From: Antedon mediterranea
Lineage: Eukaryota; Animalia; Echinodermata
Direction: 5' to 3'
Length of the DNA: 64,000 nt
NCBI RefSeq assembly: GCF_964355755.1
Contig: NC_092675.1
Span: 16,960,912-17,024,911, forward strand
Shown here: one piece after another, positions 1 through 11,871 of the stretch
How positions within the stretch are numbered: position 1 is the first letter of the stretch
Layout of the letters: each line of letters starts with the position of its first letter
The notes under the pieces: generated by a model
What the model was told of the DNA's origin: nothing
What the model saw: only the letters and a program-made list of their open reading frames with translations
Database searches by the model: none
Translations under genes and position numbers: made by a program

Positions 1-2109
1 ATTAAAAGCAAATGTAAATATATATTTTACGAGTAATTTGAAACTAAAATTATAACTTTCTCACTAGTGGTTGCTGAGATATTGATATGGCTATTTTCTT
101 GACCAATGGTCAAATATGTTCACGGCCATTTTTGGCAAAAGTTGTCCATTAAAGTGATTAGAAATTATACTGTATGTATCTTCTGAGTATTTTGACACCA
201 ACTCTGATCATATCTGTTTCTGATATTTGAAAAGTGTGCTCCAAGCCAAAAATGTTTGTGCTTGCTATGTCAAACGTCAAAATTAGGGATTTATTTACAG
301 TTTTATGATTTGCAAGTAATTTAAGACCACAATTATCATTTTCTGACCAGTGGTTGATGAGATATTCATATGGCCAATATCTTGACAAAAGGGGTTTTGG
401 CAAAGGTTTCCCATTAGAGTGTATAGAAACATGGGTCTTTTGAGTAATTTGACACAAAATATTCCAATACACCCAAAAGTTACGCAAAGTCTTAACTTTG
501 ACCATATTGACCTTTTGGCCCCTGTACTGATCAAGTATCCCAATTTTTTTTCCGTCAACAGCAAAAATTGATTTGTATTGATAATGATATAAAGAAGCAA
601 AAAACATTGTTGGCATAGTTTGCTATATGTACAGTAGGTGCAGGTGAACCCTTTCTGGCTCCCTAACTACTCTATTTGCAGGGCGGATTGAACGAGGACA
701 AATTTATTCACCAGGTTATACATATTTTTTAGTGTCACATCACATGATACATTGGTCTATTTAAAATCAATCCACAACTGTACTACATCGAATATTTTAT
801 TATTACATTATTTTAATGTATTTACTGAAATTCATGACAACAATATTTAATATGCATATATACTGTAGGTTTAGGATAGTTAGTAAGTTGGCCCTATCCC
901 CACCGTTTACATACAATACATGTTTTAATTCATGAAAAAAAAAAATTTCGGCCTAGAAATTATTTATTTACAATGTCTATGTAGGAATTAGCTTTGTTTA
1001 AAAAATCAGTTCCCTGTCAAGTCTGTAATATTGAAGAATATGAAATCATATACACATGCACCACAATTATATTTTTTTATCGATTTCGTGGTTAAAAATC
1101 AGTAGTTAACAAAATAAAGACAAGTTGCTGCGTGTGTGCAAATAGCAGTGTGTCAGCCTTTTTCGTGAGGTCTTCGTGCATGCCTTTGTGGTGGATCGAG
1201 TGGGTTTGATACATCCATGGTTGGACGGTCTAGCTTTCGAAATAGTCCTGGCTGTTTCACATTAATTTCTGGTTTGTTCTCCAGATTTCGATCAGGTATT
1301 TTATTCTTTAATCGTCTAACTCACTTGAAGCTGGCTGTCAACAAAATCAAAACAACAACAATGGTGACTTTTTCTGGTGGGTGGCCGAGATGCATGTTAA
1401 CCAGAATTAACGTGCTCTTCGAGAGAATGTTAACCAGAATTAACGTGATAAACAAGATCATGTTAACGAATTTCTGCAGGTTCATATAGAACATCATGAT
1501 ATTAGAAACTCACGATCATTTATGAATGTGAACCTATAGCTTTAGTTTTTTGTTTGTTTACCCTTTTATATTGGCATTTTATGCAATAAAAAAGCCATTG
1601 GAAACATTATATTTATGTACAGTTTGCAATATGGTCATCTCAACTCTCGATGGACTATTTGATAGTGATATAAATGGTACACTACATGTATTAAAAGTGG
1701 AAGTGGACAAATATTCAGCTTCTATATCATGTATGTGTGAAAACATTTCTGCAGTCTAAACTTTATACTAAACAAAAAACTAAAAGTAAACTGAACAAAC
1801 AACTAAAACTGAAAAAAAAACTAAAACTGAACAAAAAACTAGGTGATTTTGCAATAATGGGTTTCTTTAATAAAATATGAGGCTATTATTATTAATGTAG
1901 TATTGTCTTGTATTACTGTGTAATTTAAAATCTTGGTAATATTGTATTAAATTATTATTAAATATATCACATTTATTATGTTTTCCCAGGTATTTACTGT
2001 ATATGGCGACTTTATAAAGACAAATGTCATGTGGCAGGTTATCCTACCGAGTGTTTTATAGTTTGTGATTTTACAACAACTACCGAGTGTAACCTCACTC
2101 GGATACGGG

Positions 2110-2238
2110 ATGGAATCTTGGCGTCCTAATCCCCATGCAAAGCCATTTATTCCCAGGCGGAGAAACTACACCTCACTTCATATACCAGGAACGTACCACA
2201 GAACAGCAACAAAGCGTTTATTGACAAAGATATGCCAG
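2110..2238 (+). CDS. POMGNT1: POMGNT1 coding exon 1 (cytosolic N-terminal tail); exon probably begins at 1990 after tttcccag
   Basis: MESWRPNPHAKPFIPRRRNY...KRLLTKICQ resembles the vertebrate N-terminus MDDWKPSPLIKPF...RRFCQ. Ends CAG|gtaagg, 129 nt, phase 0. Confidence 0.9.
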
Positions 2239-2258
2239 GTAAGGACATTTTTGTTAAA

Positions 2259-2516
2259 TACCGTACTGACGCGGCTATAAGGCCATACTCTGGAATAAGC
2301 CCACCCCCAAATTTTGACTATAAGCCCACCCATATTCGAAGATCTACAGTAGGTTCCATATTTACATTAAATTTTGTATTTGGTAAGGGCGAGTATTAAT
2401 TTTGTGATGGTCGACCCATCTGGCGACTTCCATACACCGCATATTATAACCAAGCTAGGCTATATCAGGACTAGCGGTCCTGTTTTGTTTCATCCCGAGC
2501 AAAGATCACTGCACAC
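2259..2516. mobile_element. pogo/Tc1-like MITE left end, apparently interrupted by the LINE
   Basis: Begins TA|CCGTA with repeated subterminal ATAAGCCCACC motifs. The matching right TIR was not found. Confidence 0.45.
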
Positions 2517-3405
2517 ACTACGCTTGAATCACAATTTACTAACCCTCAATATAAAGAAAACAAAATTTATGTTATTTGGAACTAGAATATCACTTAGTAA
2601 ATTCAATAATATTTCTGTTTCTATTAATGGCAATGATGTCGAAAGAGTTGACAATTTTAAATATCTTGGACTAATACATTTGATTCATTTATGTCATGGA
2701 AACAGCATGTTGAACAAGTAGCTTCTAGAGTATCACAACGTATCGGTATTATTCGTAGATTAAGATATTATATTCCAAATTTTGCTTTAAGACTACTTGC
2801 TAATGCAATAGTATTACCCTGTTTTGATTACTGTAGTAATGTTTGGTCAAATTGTAACTTAGAACTTGTTAATTGTCTTCAAGTACTTCAAAATAGAGTA
2901 GCTAGAATCATTCTTTATGCTGATATGTACACCCCTATAACAGAATTGATGTCCTCACTAAAATGGAAGAGTGTCCATGACAGATGGGAAAATGATTTAT
3001 TAATTACATTATTTAAATGCATACAGGGTTTAGCACCATCTTATTTAGCAAATCTATTCAAATTTATGGACACTTTTCACACAAAAAATACAAGAAGTCA
3101 ATCAACTAAAACTCTAAATGTTCCAGCATGGAACAATACTTATGGAAAGAGAATGTTTAATTATAGAGCATCAACCTTATGGAATAATCTTCCTGTACAT
3201 ATCCGTAAAAATTGTGAGACATTTACCGGTAGTCAAGTTGAATTTAAACATCTTGTATAACTTCTATTGTACATAGTTTTAATATAGCTTTTACTTTTAT
3301 TTTTCTTGTATTTTTTTCCAAATCTGGACCTCTTGGGAGACCAGTACTTGTGTATTGAAAGAGCTATTCCAGAATAAAGAAAGATTTGTATTGTATTGTA
3401 TTGTA
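2517..3405 (+). mobile_element. 5'-truncated L2/Crack/CR1-group LINE (RT C-terminal region, 3'UTR and tail)
   Basis: LTLNIKKTKFMLFG, VERVDNFKYLG, SWKQHV...IGIIRRLR, FDYCSNVW, LQVLQNRVARII. Frameshift near 2675-2690, AATAAA at 3373, (TTGTA)4 tail. Confidence 0.9.
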
Positions 3406-5720
3406 CAAGTCGCCAAAATGGAAATCTCCTGTTTGGTATCGGCTGCCATAAACAGGCTTATTAAATTTCTTTTAACAAACATTGTATATTTGCTTTTCTG
3501 CTTGATAAATTCTTGTTCAATTGATGTTTAAAATAAGATATTCTATGATAAATTACACAAACTATAATAAGTTAAATTTTCCGATATTCTACACCTCGTG
3601 TGTCGCAACACACTGTGAGGGTGCTTGTGTGGTGGTTTCAGAGGAGGGATGATTGAATACACAGTACATTTGTTGTTTTTGACGATCTCCATTTTTTTTT
3701 TTGAATAGCACAGATGACAAGATAATAGATTGTTGTGTGATATCAATATTTGTTGATGAATTAATAGTACAGACTGTATTTTAACATGTTTTGTTATAAG
3801 TACAGTGTATTCCATTCACCTGGATAAACCAACAATAGTCTATTCTTTCTGAAGAGATAACTGTACAGTTATAATATAATACAAAAAGAATAAAGTTTTT
3901 CAACATCCCTAAACCAATAATGATGTAGTCCATAATTGTTGCATTCAACAACCTGGGAGTGATCTCATTTAACCACACATTATTTATTTTTTGATTGATG
4001 CGTTTCGACCTTTAAAACTGAAGTTGCTGATTTGAGTCTTCTCTGAACTCACACTATAATTAGGTATCCCAATGATGCGGATTTTTGTTACGGTGATTCG
4101 AACACGTTCTTGAAATTTCAAAAAGTGATGTGTCTTTGAAGTTAAAAATATACTATTTTTTATCTACCCATGTGAATAAAACTATGTCTGGAAAGATCTT
4201 GTTTAAGGGTTTATTTATATATATTTTTAATCTATGTTTATTAAATTTTAATAGAAAACGTGAGTTAAAAAGGAGGTAAAAAAGCCGGCGCTCTGAAATT
4301 TGTGTGCTAAAAATACCTTTGGAAAACGCCTACCTATTTTCAAAACACAATCACACGGCAGCCATAATAGGTGGTGGAGTAATTTTTGTTGCATGTTATC
4401 AGGCTTTAGATACTCTTTATGTAAATCGCTTATTATTATGTTCAACCGCCTCAATTTTAATTCTTTTTCATTATCAAAATCTGGCTATAAATTTAGTATT
4501 CAATTAAAGCTAATTTATATTTCTGTATTTGACTTTGCGTGGCTGTCGTGCGAAGAGGCCAACCACTGAAATCAAAATTCCCTACCGAAATTAAAAGTGT
4601 TTATCATTTTCCTTACAGGGGGGTTCAGTTCTCAGCTTATTACTAAAGTACCGTTGCCCAGATACTCCCGCAGTGGACTGTTCCATTTTCGGAACTAGTC
4701 TTCCCTGTATACGAGGCATGACGAAAAATGTCACTTCTCATGGAATATTTGCTTCAAAATGTCAATTTTACGGATTGATTAAATTATTTAATAAGTGGGG
4801 TATTAATCAAGCTAACTATATAAAGCAAGTACGTTAGGAATAAATGTACCGAATCCATTCTATGTAGGCGGTCGAAAAACGTTTCTTGGCCTAAACTTTT
4901 CTTAAATTACATTCTATGCAATGCAAAAAAAATGAAGTCAATTTATACACTGGTTCAAAAGTTAAAAATCATTTAAAGACGGGACCTTTTTGATTTTCGA
5001 GGACCCCTAAAAAAATTTGTCTTGTACAATTCTGTGGTGTCTATGAGTTTGGCAAAAATAAGAACTTTAAAGTTATTATTAAAATTTATAGCCCTTCAAC
5101 TTCAACTTTGAATGAATAATCTGATTTCAATCATTTAAATTGCAAAAGTTTAGGTTCAGTAAAGTTACATTTGATTAACTGAAAAAGAAAAAGTACCATC
5201 ATTATTTGATTTTTTACATTGTGATACCTACTATATCAATGTCATTTTAACATTAAATTTGCTTTGAACAGTATCTCTTTTCTAGTGAATGTATTTCAAC
5301 ATAGAATATATTAAATTAGCAACATAGATTATGAATTAAAATATTCCTATCTCATAACACATGTTGTATCATCTGACTTGTTTTGGTGAGTTCAAAGTTC
5401 AAATTTGAAATACAAAACAATAATTGTATCATAAAACAATTTTAAATTTTATTCAACAATTAAAAAAAATATTTCAAGAAGTTGATAACATCTATATTAT
5501 TAAAGAAACAATGTCACACAACGATTTTGTGATAATGTTAAAATAATTATGATTATTATTATTTTCTATGAAACTGACAAGGACAGCTTGTTGATAATTC
5601 AAAAATCAATTACCAGTATACTGTATGTATATGTTTTGGACACCTAGTTTATCTTTGTCATTTGGTTGTTTGATTTCAGATTGTATCGCACATTATTTTC
5701 TTCCATTTCAATGATTGAAA

Positions 5721-6695
5721 TAGTCTGGGCTCCAGACGGAGTTTTGTCTTAATATTAGTAAAAATATAAATATTTTTGCACATATGGCGTTTCATACGTG
5801 TATTACTTTAGTTTGGATACTCCGTCTGGGGAAACACGCATAAGTCACGTGGTTTGACACCAAGAATTCTTGGTGCATAAATTATCCAGTTGACTAGTTT
5901 CAGCCGCATGCCATTGGCTACTCACTCGCAGGCAGTTTTAATATTCATATTTCAGAATTTCAAAGACTCAACATCTAAGGTGATACGCATGCGCTATGCT
6001 ACGTTTAGACAATGTGTACTTGGGTACATTGATGAAAGTTTCTGAAGGCTATAAATGATTTTATATGCCTAGTAGTCTGGTAAACATTTGATGGGATTTT
6101 TCCCCAAGAACATGAAAACTCGTCTTGATATGATAGGCATAGCTTCTCCGCCAAATCAAACATTGAATGGATCATATTATGCGGAGATAATTTGATTTTA
6201 TAATTCCCACCCAAACCCTGTCCTGTTCTGTGTTTGTGGTGGTGTAGCCCTGTTGTGTGCCGGTCGGTGGTGGTATGTACCTTATTTATTGGCGTTTTAT
6301 TTGGCAGGTCATACGTACGAGTTGAGTAGCCCTACGAAGGAGGCCTAGGCCAGGACTGAACAATTAATAAACAAAACAACTTGGCAACACGATTTTATAT
6401 TTCATCAACAGTTGTTCAGTCTCGATCATACATTCAGCACTGTACGTACTCGATCTTTTTCATTTTGAAACAAAATGATCATTGGTTGATTCGAAATCCA
6501 TATTTACATACCGCCCGCCCCATATAGCCAAATACGGTATGATAACCTACGTCATTCTTATCGGATGTTTGCGGTCTGCAAATCGATTTCTATACGTGTT
6601 TCACAAGTCTGTATTTTCAGACAAAAATCGCGGTCGAAATAAAAACAAATAAATAAAAAAAAAAAGACAATAAATACAGACTTGGGGCAAGTCTA
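5721..6695. mobile_element. Non-autonomous DNA transposon, AcademH-like (TAG...CTA termini, 9-bp TSD)
   Basis: TGATTGAAA at 5712-5720 and 6696-6704. Termini are TAGTCTGG and CAAGTCTA, each with its own hairpin and internal inverted repeat. Confidence 0.7.
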
Positions 6696-7066
6696 TGATT
6701 GAAAGTACACTACTATTACACATAAATTTATTTATAATTGAGGATCATATACTGTAGAATGCTTTCGCATTTATACGCTTAACATGCTGCGTTGCGTATC
6801 GTTCTCACGCAGATAGGCTCAACACAGACATAGTGCGTACTGCGTAGGGCATATCTGATTGGTCGCAGCCGCCATCTTGTTGGTTCCCTCTCTATGGAGA
6901 ATCACTTTTTGAACTGCGATAACATTGTAGTTTGACATTCATATATCATTGGCGAACACAATCTTCTTTGTGTCCAAAATTTAATTGCCATCTTTTTGGT
7001 GCCATTCTGACATTTGACATTTATTTCAATTCATAAAAGTACAAGTATTGAATAATATTGTAGGTG

Positions 7067-7201
7067 CAGTGCTGTAGCCATGCGATTGCTGTAACAAGAG
7101 GGAACAATGTCCTATGTGACTGTGCCATGGGGTTGTCAAAGGCTTCTGCCAAAAGTGGTCAGGTTGAAACCTCACCAACCTTACTGGTGGCTACAGCCCT
7201 G
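7067..7201. mobile_element. 135-bp MITE (CAG...CTG termini)
   Basis: TIR CAGTGCTGTAGCCA / TGGCTACAGCCCTG, flanked by a 5-bp direct repeat AGGTG. Confidence 0.65.
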
Positions 7202-8419
7202 AGGTGTATCACAAAACAATGATTTTTTGTATTTGTTGAATGGTGTGAATATTAGCACACATTTCCCTGAGTGTTCTATTCAACTCATGAAAATATCCTT
7301 CACATTCAATTCATTAGAAATGTGTTTATACATAAGAACTTACTGAAGATGAACAGATTTTAGTTATGAATAGCTAATGGGTTTTGACTCTGCCTACTCG
7401 GTCTATATTCTGATTATATAAAAGAAAATCAGCACGAGATTAAAATGCATCACTTACTGTCACGCGATTAATGATTTATTGTCTAATTAGCGAAAGATGA
7501 ATAGGTCACTAGATTTTGAATCTTGTAATGTTTATTCTTCTATTTATCATCAGCCATTGTTCTGGTTAAAATCAAATGTGAAGTTTTGTTGTTGGTTTAC
7601 AGGCGGACAATAAAATGCATGGATTACTGTTGCACGATTAATAGCTTGTACGTAAGGTAACACTTAAATGTGGAGTGTAGAAACGTGTGGATATACAGTG
7701 CAAATCATTATGTATAGCTTAACTAGTTAACATTGTCAATTTTATCAATTAATACAGTGATGTTATGAATGTTTGCAGTATTACATATTCCATATTTCAC
7801 TTATAAATTGTTTTTTTGTCATTGTTCTTATAAATCAATGTTTATACTTAGCTCATATTGATCTTGTGAAGCTAAGCAACAATTAAAAGTTATTTACCAA
7901 CGATAGCTAGATTTCATTGTCGCACAAATTTATCTGATATTTCATTTCATGTGCTAAACAAACACCATTTGGTATTGGAATAAGCTTATCAATTGAATTT
8001 GCTTTTCACTTTTATTATTTAGCAACACATTCTTACTACAGTTGATCCTCTGTAATAATCTGAAAAAAATGTCCTGAACAGAACATATTCTTATTTTAAT
8101 TAAACCTTGATTGCTTTGTAAATTAATTTGGTCAAATTAATAACTCTCCAGCAAAAGTGACCCAAAAAAGTCCAGTCCGAATGGCAACAATTCCCACATG
8201 TTTTATCGACCTGTCCATTACTGCAGAACTTGCTATAAAGTCCAATGCAAATGTTGTATCTTAACATAAAAACATGATAAAACTAACTGTGTGAATAATT
8301 CAAGTGCGAAAAGCACCCATGGCCTTTATAGTTAGATAAAATTTGAAACCATGGTTTATTAAAGCAAGTACCATTAGTGCGAGCCCTTCTTGTTGGCCAC
8401 ATGGTGTACAGTATTCGAC

Positions 8420-8845
8420 TAGTATATTCTCCAGTTGATTATAGCATATACCTAATCGAATATGGTTGTCCGTGAAAACGTGCGCCCTCTCGAAAAAGGC
8501 TAGCCCACACACACGTGTTACATACGGTCATGCACTCGATGTTGCGGGTGCGAAACTCATGAATAACAAGTTAGAAAAAACTAACGGAATGGGGGACTTC
8601 CCTTCTTGCTGAGGCTGGGCGCGGCCAAGCCTAGGTAAAAAAAAATCTAAATAAAGGACACCGTTGTTGTAGATATAACAAAATATATTATTACAATAAT
8701 ATTGATTACAATTTAAAAAACATTGTTTTGATGAAATATAAAATGTGTCTTATACATCGATGATATAAAAAATACCGATATTTTACTCTGAGTTAGGGGG
8801 TGCGTCTTATACACAGGTGCGACTTATACACCAAAATATACGGTA
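8420..8845. mobile_element. pogo/Tc1-like MITE remnant (right end)
   Basis: Ends ...TGCGTCTTATACAC-AGG-TGCGACTTATACAC-CAAAATATACGG|TA. Left boundary approximate. Confidence 0.55.
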
Positions 8846-9298
8846 CTTAAGTTCAGCAATGCTTATATTCTGAAACCAATAACCATGGAGAAATAACCTC
8901 CATGAATAACAGAGGAAACATGTTTGTTTGTTTGTACGGGGTATTACCCCCCTCATACTTCTGCGAATGTAATAATAATTGACATAAACTTAACTTCAAG
9001 GGAGTTACCATTCTACTGTAAGCATCATTCGCACTCTTTATTCACACCTTTCTATTAATTCTAATTGATTATTTTATCCGCTAATTTCTGTTTTCCTTTT
9101 CGTGATTTACCTCATTTCCTGACGGACCCTTTCTAGTAATTTGACTTGATCATTCACCAGTGTATGCATTATCAAATTCCTGTATTTATTTCTAACTAAG
9201 GGCAGGTATGCTGATTGCATTTGCTAAATTCAAGTTCATAGTTTGTCTGTACTATCTTTCCTTTATTCAATATGAACTTTTCAAATATTGGTTTTCAA

Positions 9299-10180
9299 TT
9301 TCCGGAGTATAGGTCGACCCCAAGTATAAGTCGACCCCCAACTTTGGCCTAGAATATCGTTGATTTTGGTATGACCTGAATATAAGTCGACCCCCAAAAT
9401 CGGCTAATAACACAACTTACTTTAAAGTTCAAAGAGGGCTAGAAATGTATGAAATGTGGTTGTTTGTTTATATTATTAAAGTGTAGGCCTAATCAATATC
9501 GGACGGACGTAATGACGACGACTTCGTCGCCGTCTTCACCAGCCTATAATAAATGACAGCGATGTAGCGTTACTTGCCATCAGCGATGTTTTTCGCGTCA
9601 CTCGAATAAATTAAAACGAGTTTTCCGTTAGGAGGCTTATTGTACAGGCGAGTAGTTGTAAATCGCGTTATCTGTAAATGTACACGCGCCCGACTAAGGA
9701 GAATTTATTTTATGAATAGAAGACATGCGCAGTAATTGTAATTACGAACAAACAAACAAACTGCGCATATGTATAGATGAAAATATCGCGCAATAACAAA
9801 CATGCTGCATGGACATTCCGACGTCTGTGGTGTGTTACGATGTTTTCTCGAGAGTGAATAAGAAGCATAAAGAAAACTATTTATTCTTAATTATCTTAAA
9901 AGCGTAATATTAACATCAAAATGAGTCATTGTGATATATTAATATTTTATTGACCAGTACTTGTTGGAGTTGTATTATTTTGTACAATGTAGGTATTAAA
10001 TTGAAAACTTCTGTGAGTGATTGATGATAGGCCACTGACCTTGCTGGGCCTTGACAGCTGACGGCTTTTGAACATATTTTTTCGGCCTGATTTTTTTCAA
10101 AAATCGCATAAGTCGACCCCCCGATTTTGCAATTAAAATTTTCTCACAAAGTCTCGACCTATACTCCGGAAAATACGATA
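9299..10180. mobile_element. pogo/Tc1-like MITE
   Basis: TIR TTTCCGGAGTATAGGTCGA / TCGACCTATACTCCGGAAA(ATACGATA), repeated internal ATAAGTCGACCCC motif. Left tip eroded. Confidence 0.8.
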
Positions 10181-11665
10181 GGTAAAATTACAAACTTTTA
10201 TTTTATCATTGATCATTGATTGAAGAAAATTTATTTGTTGTTTTGGTTGATTACCCTCAGTACTTTCACCTAAATGATGTTTTTGTCCATAATTTTAATT
10301 AATACACTGTAAAGACATGTTTTGAGTTTAGTATGAGACAATCATTTTAAACATAATTTGTATTCAACCTAACCTAGCTACTTTAACAAAAAATAATATT
10401 TCTAAATTATCACTTTCATTTTGAATTTACAATGGTAAGATGGTTTGTTTTATCTAGTTTTAATAAATATTATTGTCATGTTTTTACAGTAGTCAGTGGA
10501 ATTTTTTTCTTTAAATTCCAACCTGTTCAATCATAGAAAGAACAATAAAGACAATAGACAACAACAGATTGCACACAATAGAAATAGTTTGTGAATATGA
10601 TATATGCCAAAAGCTTGCATTTAGCTGTATAAGAACCCTTTCCCACATAAAGCTGCAGTATATATTATAGCTCTGTTTTTGTGCTTAGTTTAAACCAATC
10701 AACCTTTGAAATATTAATTTACATCATTTTTAGACCTCCTTTGACACCAAGCATCCACATTGACTCTAGGCCTATCTGAAGACCAACATGTAGTTAATGG
10801 ACCATTTTGCATGGAAATTACATACTGTAAGTGTAGATAATTAATGAAACCTGCTTCAATATTGATGGTACAGATGACAATGTCAATGTAATTTCTGTCA
10901 AATGTTAAACAAATTGACACAATCATTATTAATAAAACCCATTGTCCCTTTCACCTACAGTAACATAATATATCTGAACAACACTTCCAAATGTAAATAT
11001 TTATCTGTCTGTCTGTTCAACACTTTTTACCAAATTTTAATTTCTAAATTTGAAGGTTACTGTATGTATGCAGTACTTTAGCTGTTCAATTTTACAAATG
11101 ACTCCATTATATTGAGTGAAAATTCAAAACAGTATAAATGACACATTAATACACATGTTAATCAATATGCTAAAAATACAAAGATTTTCAAAGGTGTGAA
11201 TTTGTTTTTGATACTCAAATTTTCCAAAAGCTTGACATTAATTTTTTCAGTAAGATTGAAATTTCTCTGTTTACTTTTTTAGCTAAATTGATCTTGTCAC
11301 TCGTGATTTACCCACATTATTGATGTTTCTTTTATATATTTTGCTGTTGAATTTGTACATTATTATATAATGATCATAAATTGAATAAACATTATAAAAA
11401 AGAAATAGTTGATTGATGAGATACTATAAGCTTAATCTTTATTGATCCCTCAAGTAATTGACTTAGGCTTTGATTTCATGACTGATTTATCGATTCTTTA
11501 ATTTATATGATTGGCTTGACAAACTTAACTTGTGATATAGCTGAAATTATTGTTATTTAAGATGTTAAGCTGTTATGAGGACAAGCATCAATCTTGTGTT
11601 GAAAACTAATTTCATTAAAATAAAATTCATCAACTGTCAACTGTTTCGTTCCTCCCAGTATTTAA

Positions 11666-11871
11666 AGCCGATTTTCCAATTTAATGTTTGCGTAAAAAAG
11701 AATTGTGCTATCCTTTCCACTGCAAGAGCGAGTAGCTGCGAATTTCTTGTTCATCGCGTTGCTGAGCTTTTTGCCTAGCATGAGTGCTCATGAACGCATC
11801 TGATTGGTTGCTTTCACAAAAAGTGGAAACAATTATTCTCTCGGACAAATTCGCCTAGTGGAAAATCGGCT
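11666..11871. mobile_element. PIF/Harbinger-type MITE (206 bp)
   Basis: TIR AGCCGATTTTCCA / TGGAAAATCGGCT with TAA on both flanks. Confidence 0.8.

Noticed and set aside
158-616. 152-aa minus-strand ORF
   Set aside because: No recognisable domain or splice context. The region contains diverged direct repeats (about 63-100 versus 347-383) and looks like old repeat DNA.
1285-1295. Possible 11-nt 5'UTR micro-exon (ttctccag|ATTTCGATCAG|gtattt) or nearby promoter
   Set aside because: Splice-like signals alone are common by chance, and I have no independent support for a TSS or upstream exon.
6855-6880. CCAAT box plus YY1-like GCCGCCATCTT as an internal promoter
   Set aside because: Lies in a CpG-rich fragment adjacent to TEs and is probably TE-derived. 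No downstream exon identified.
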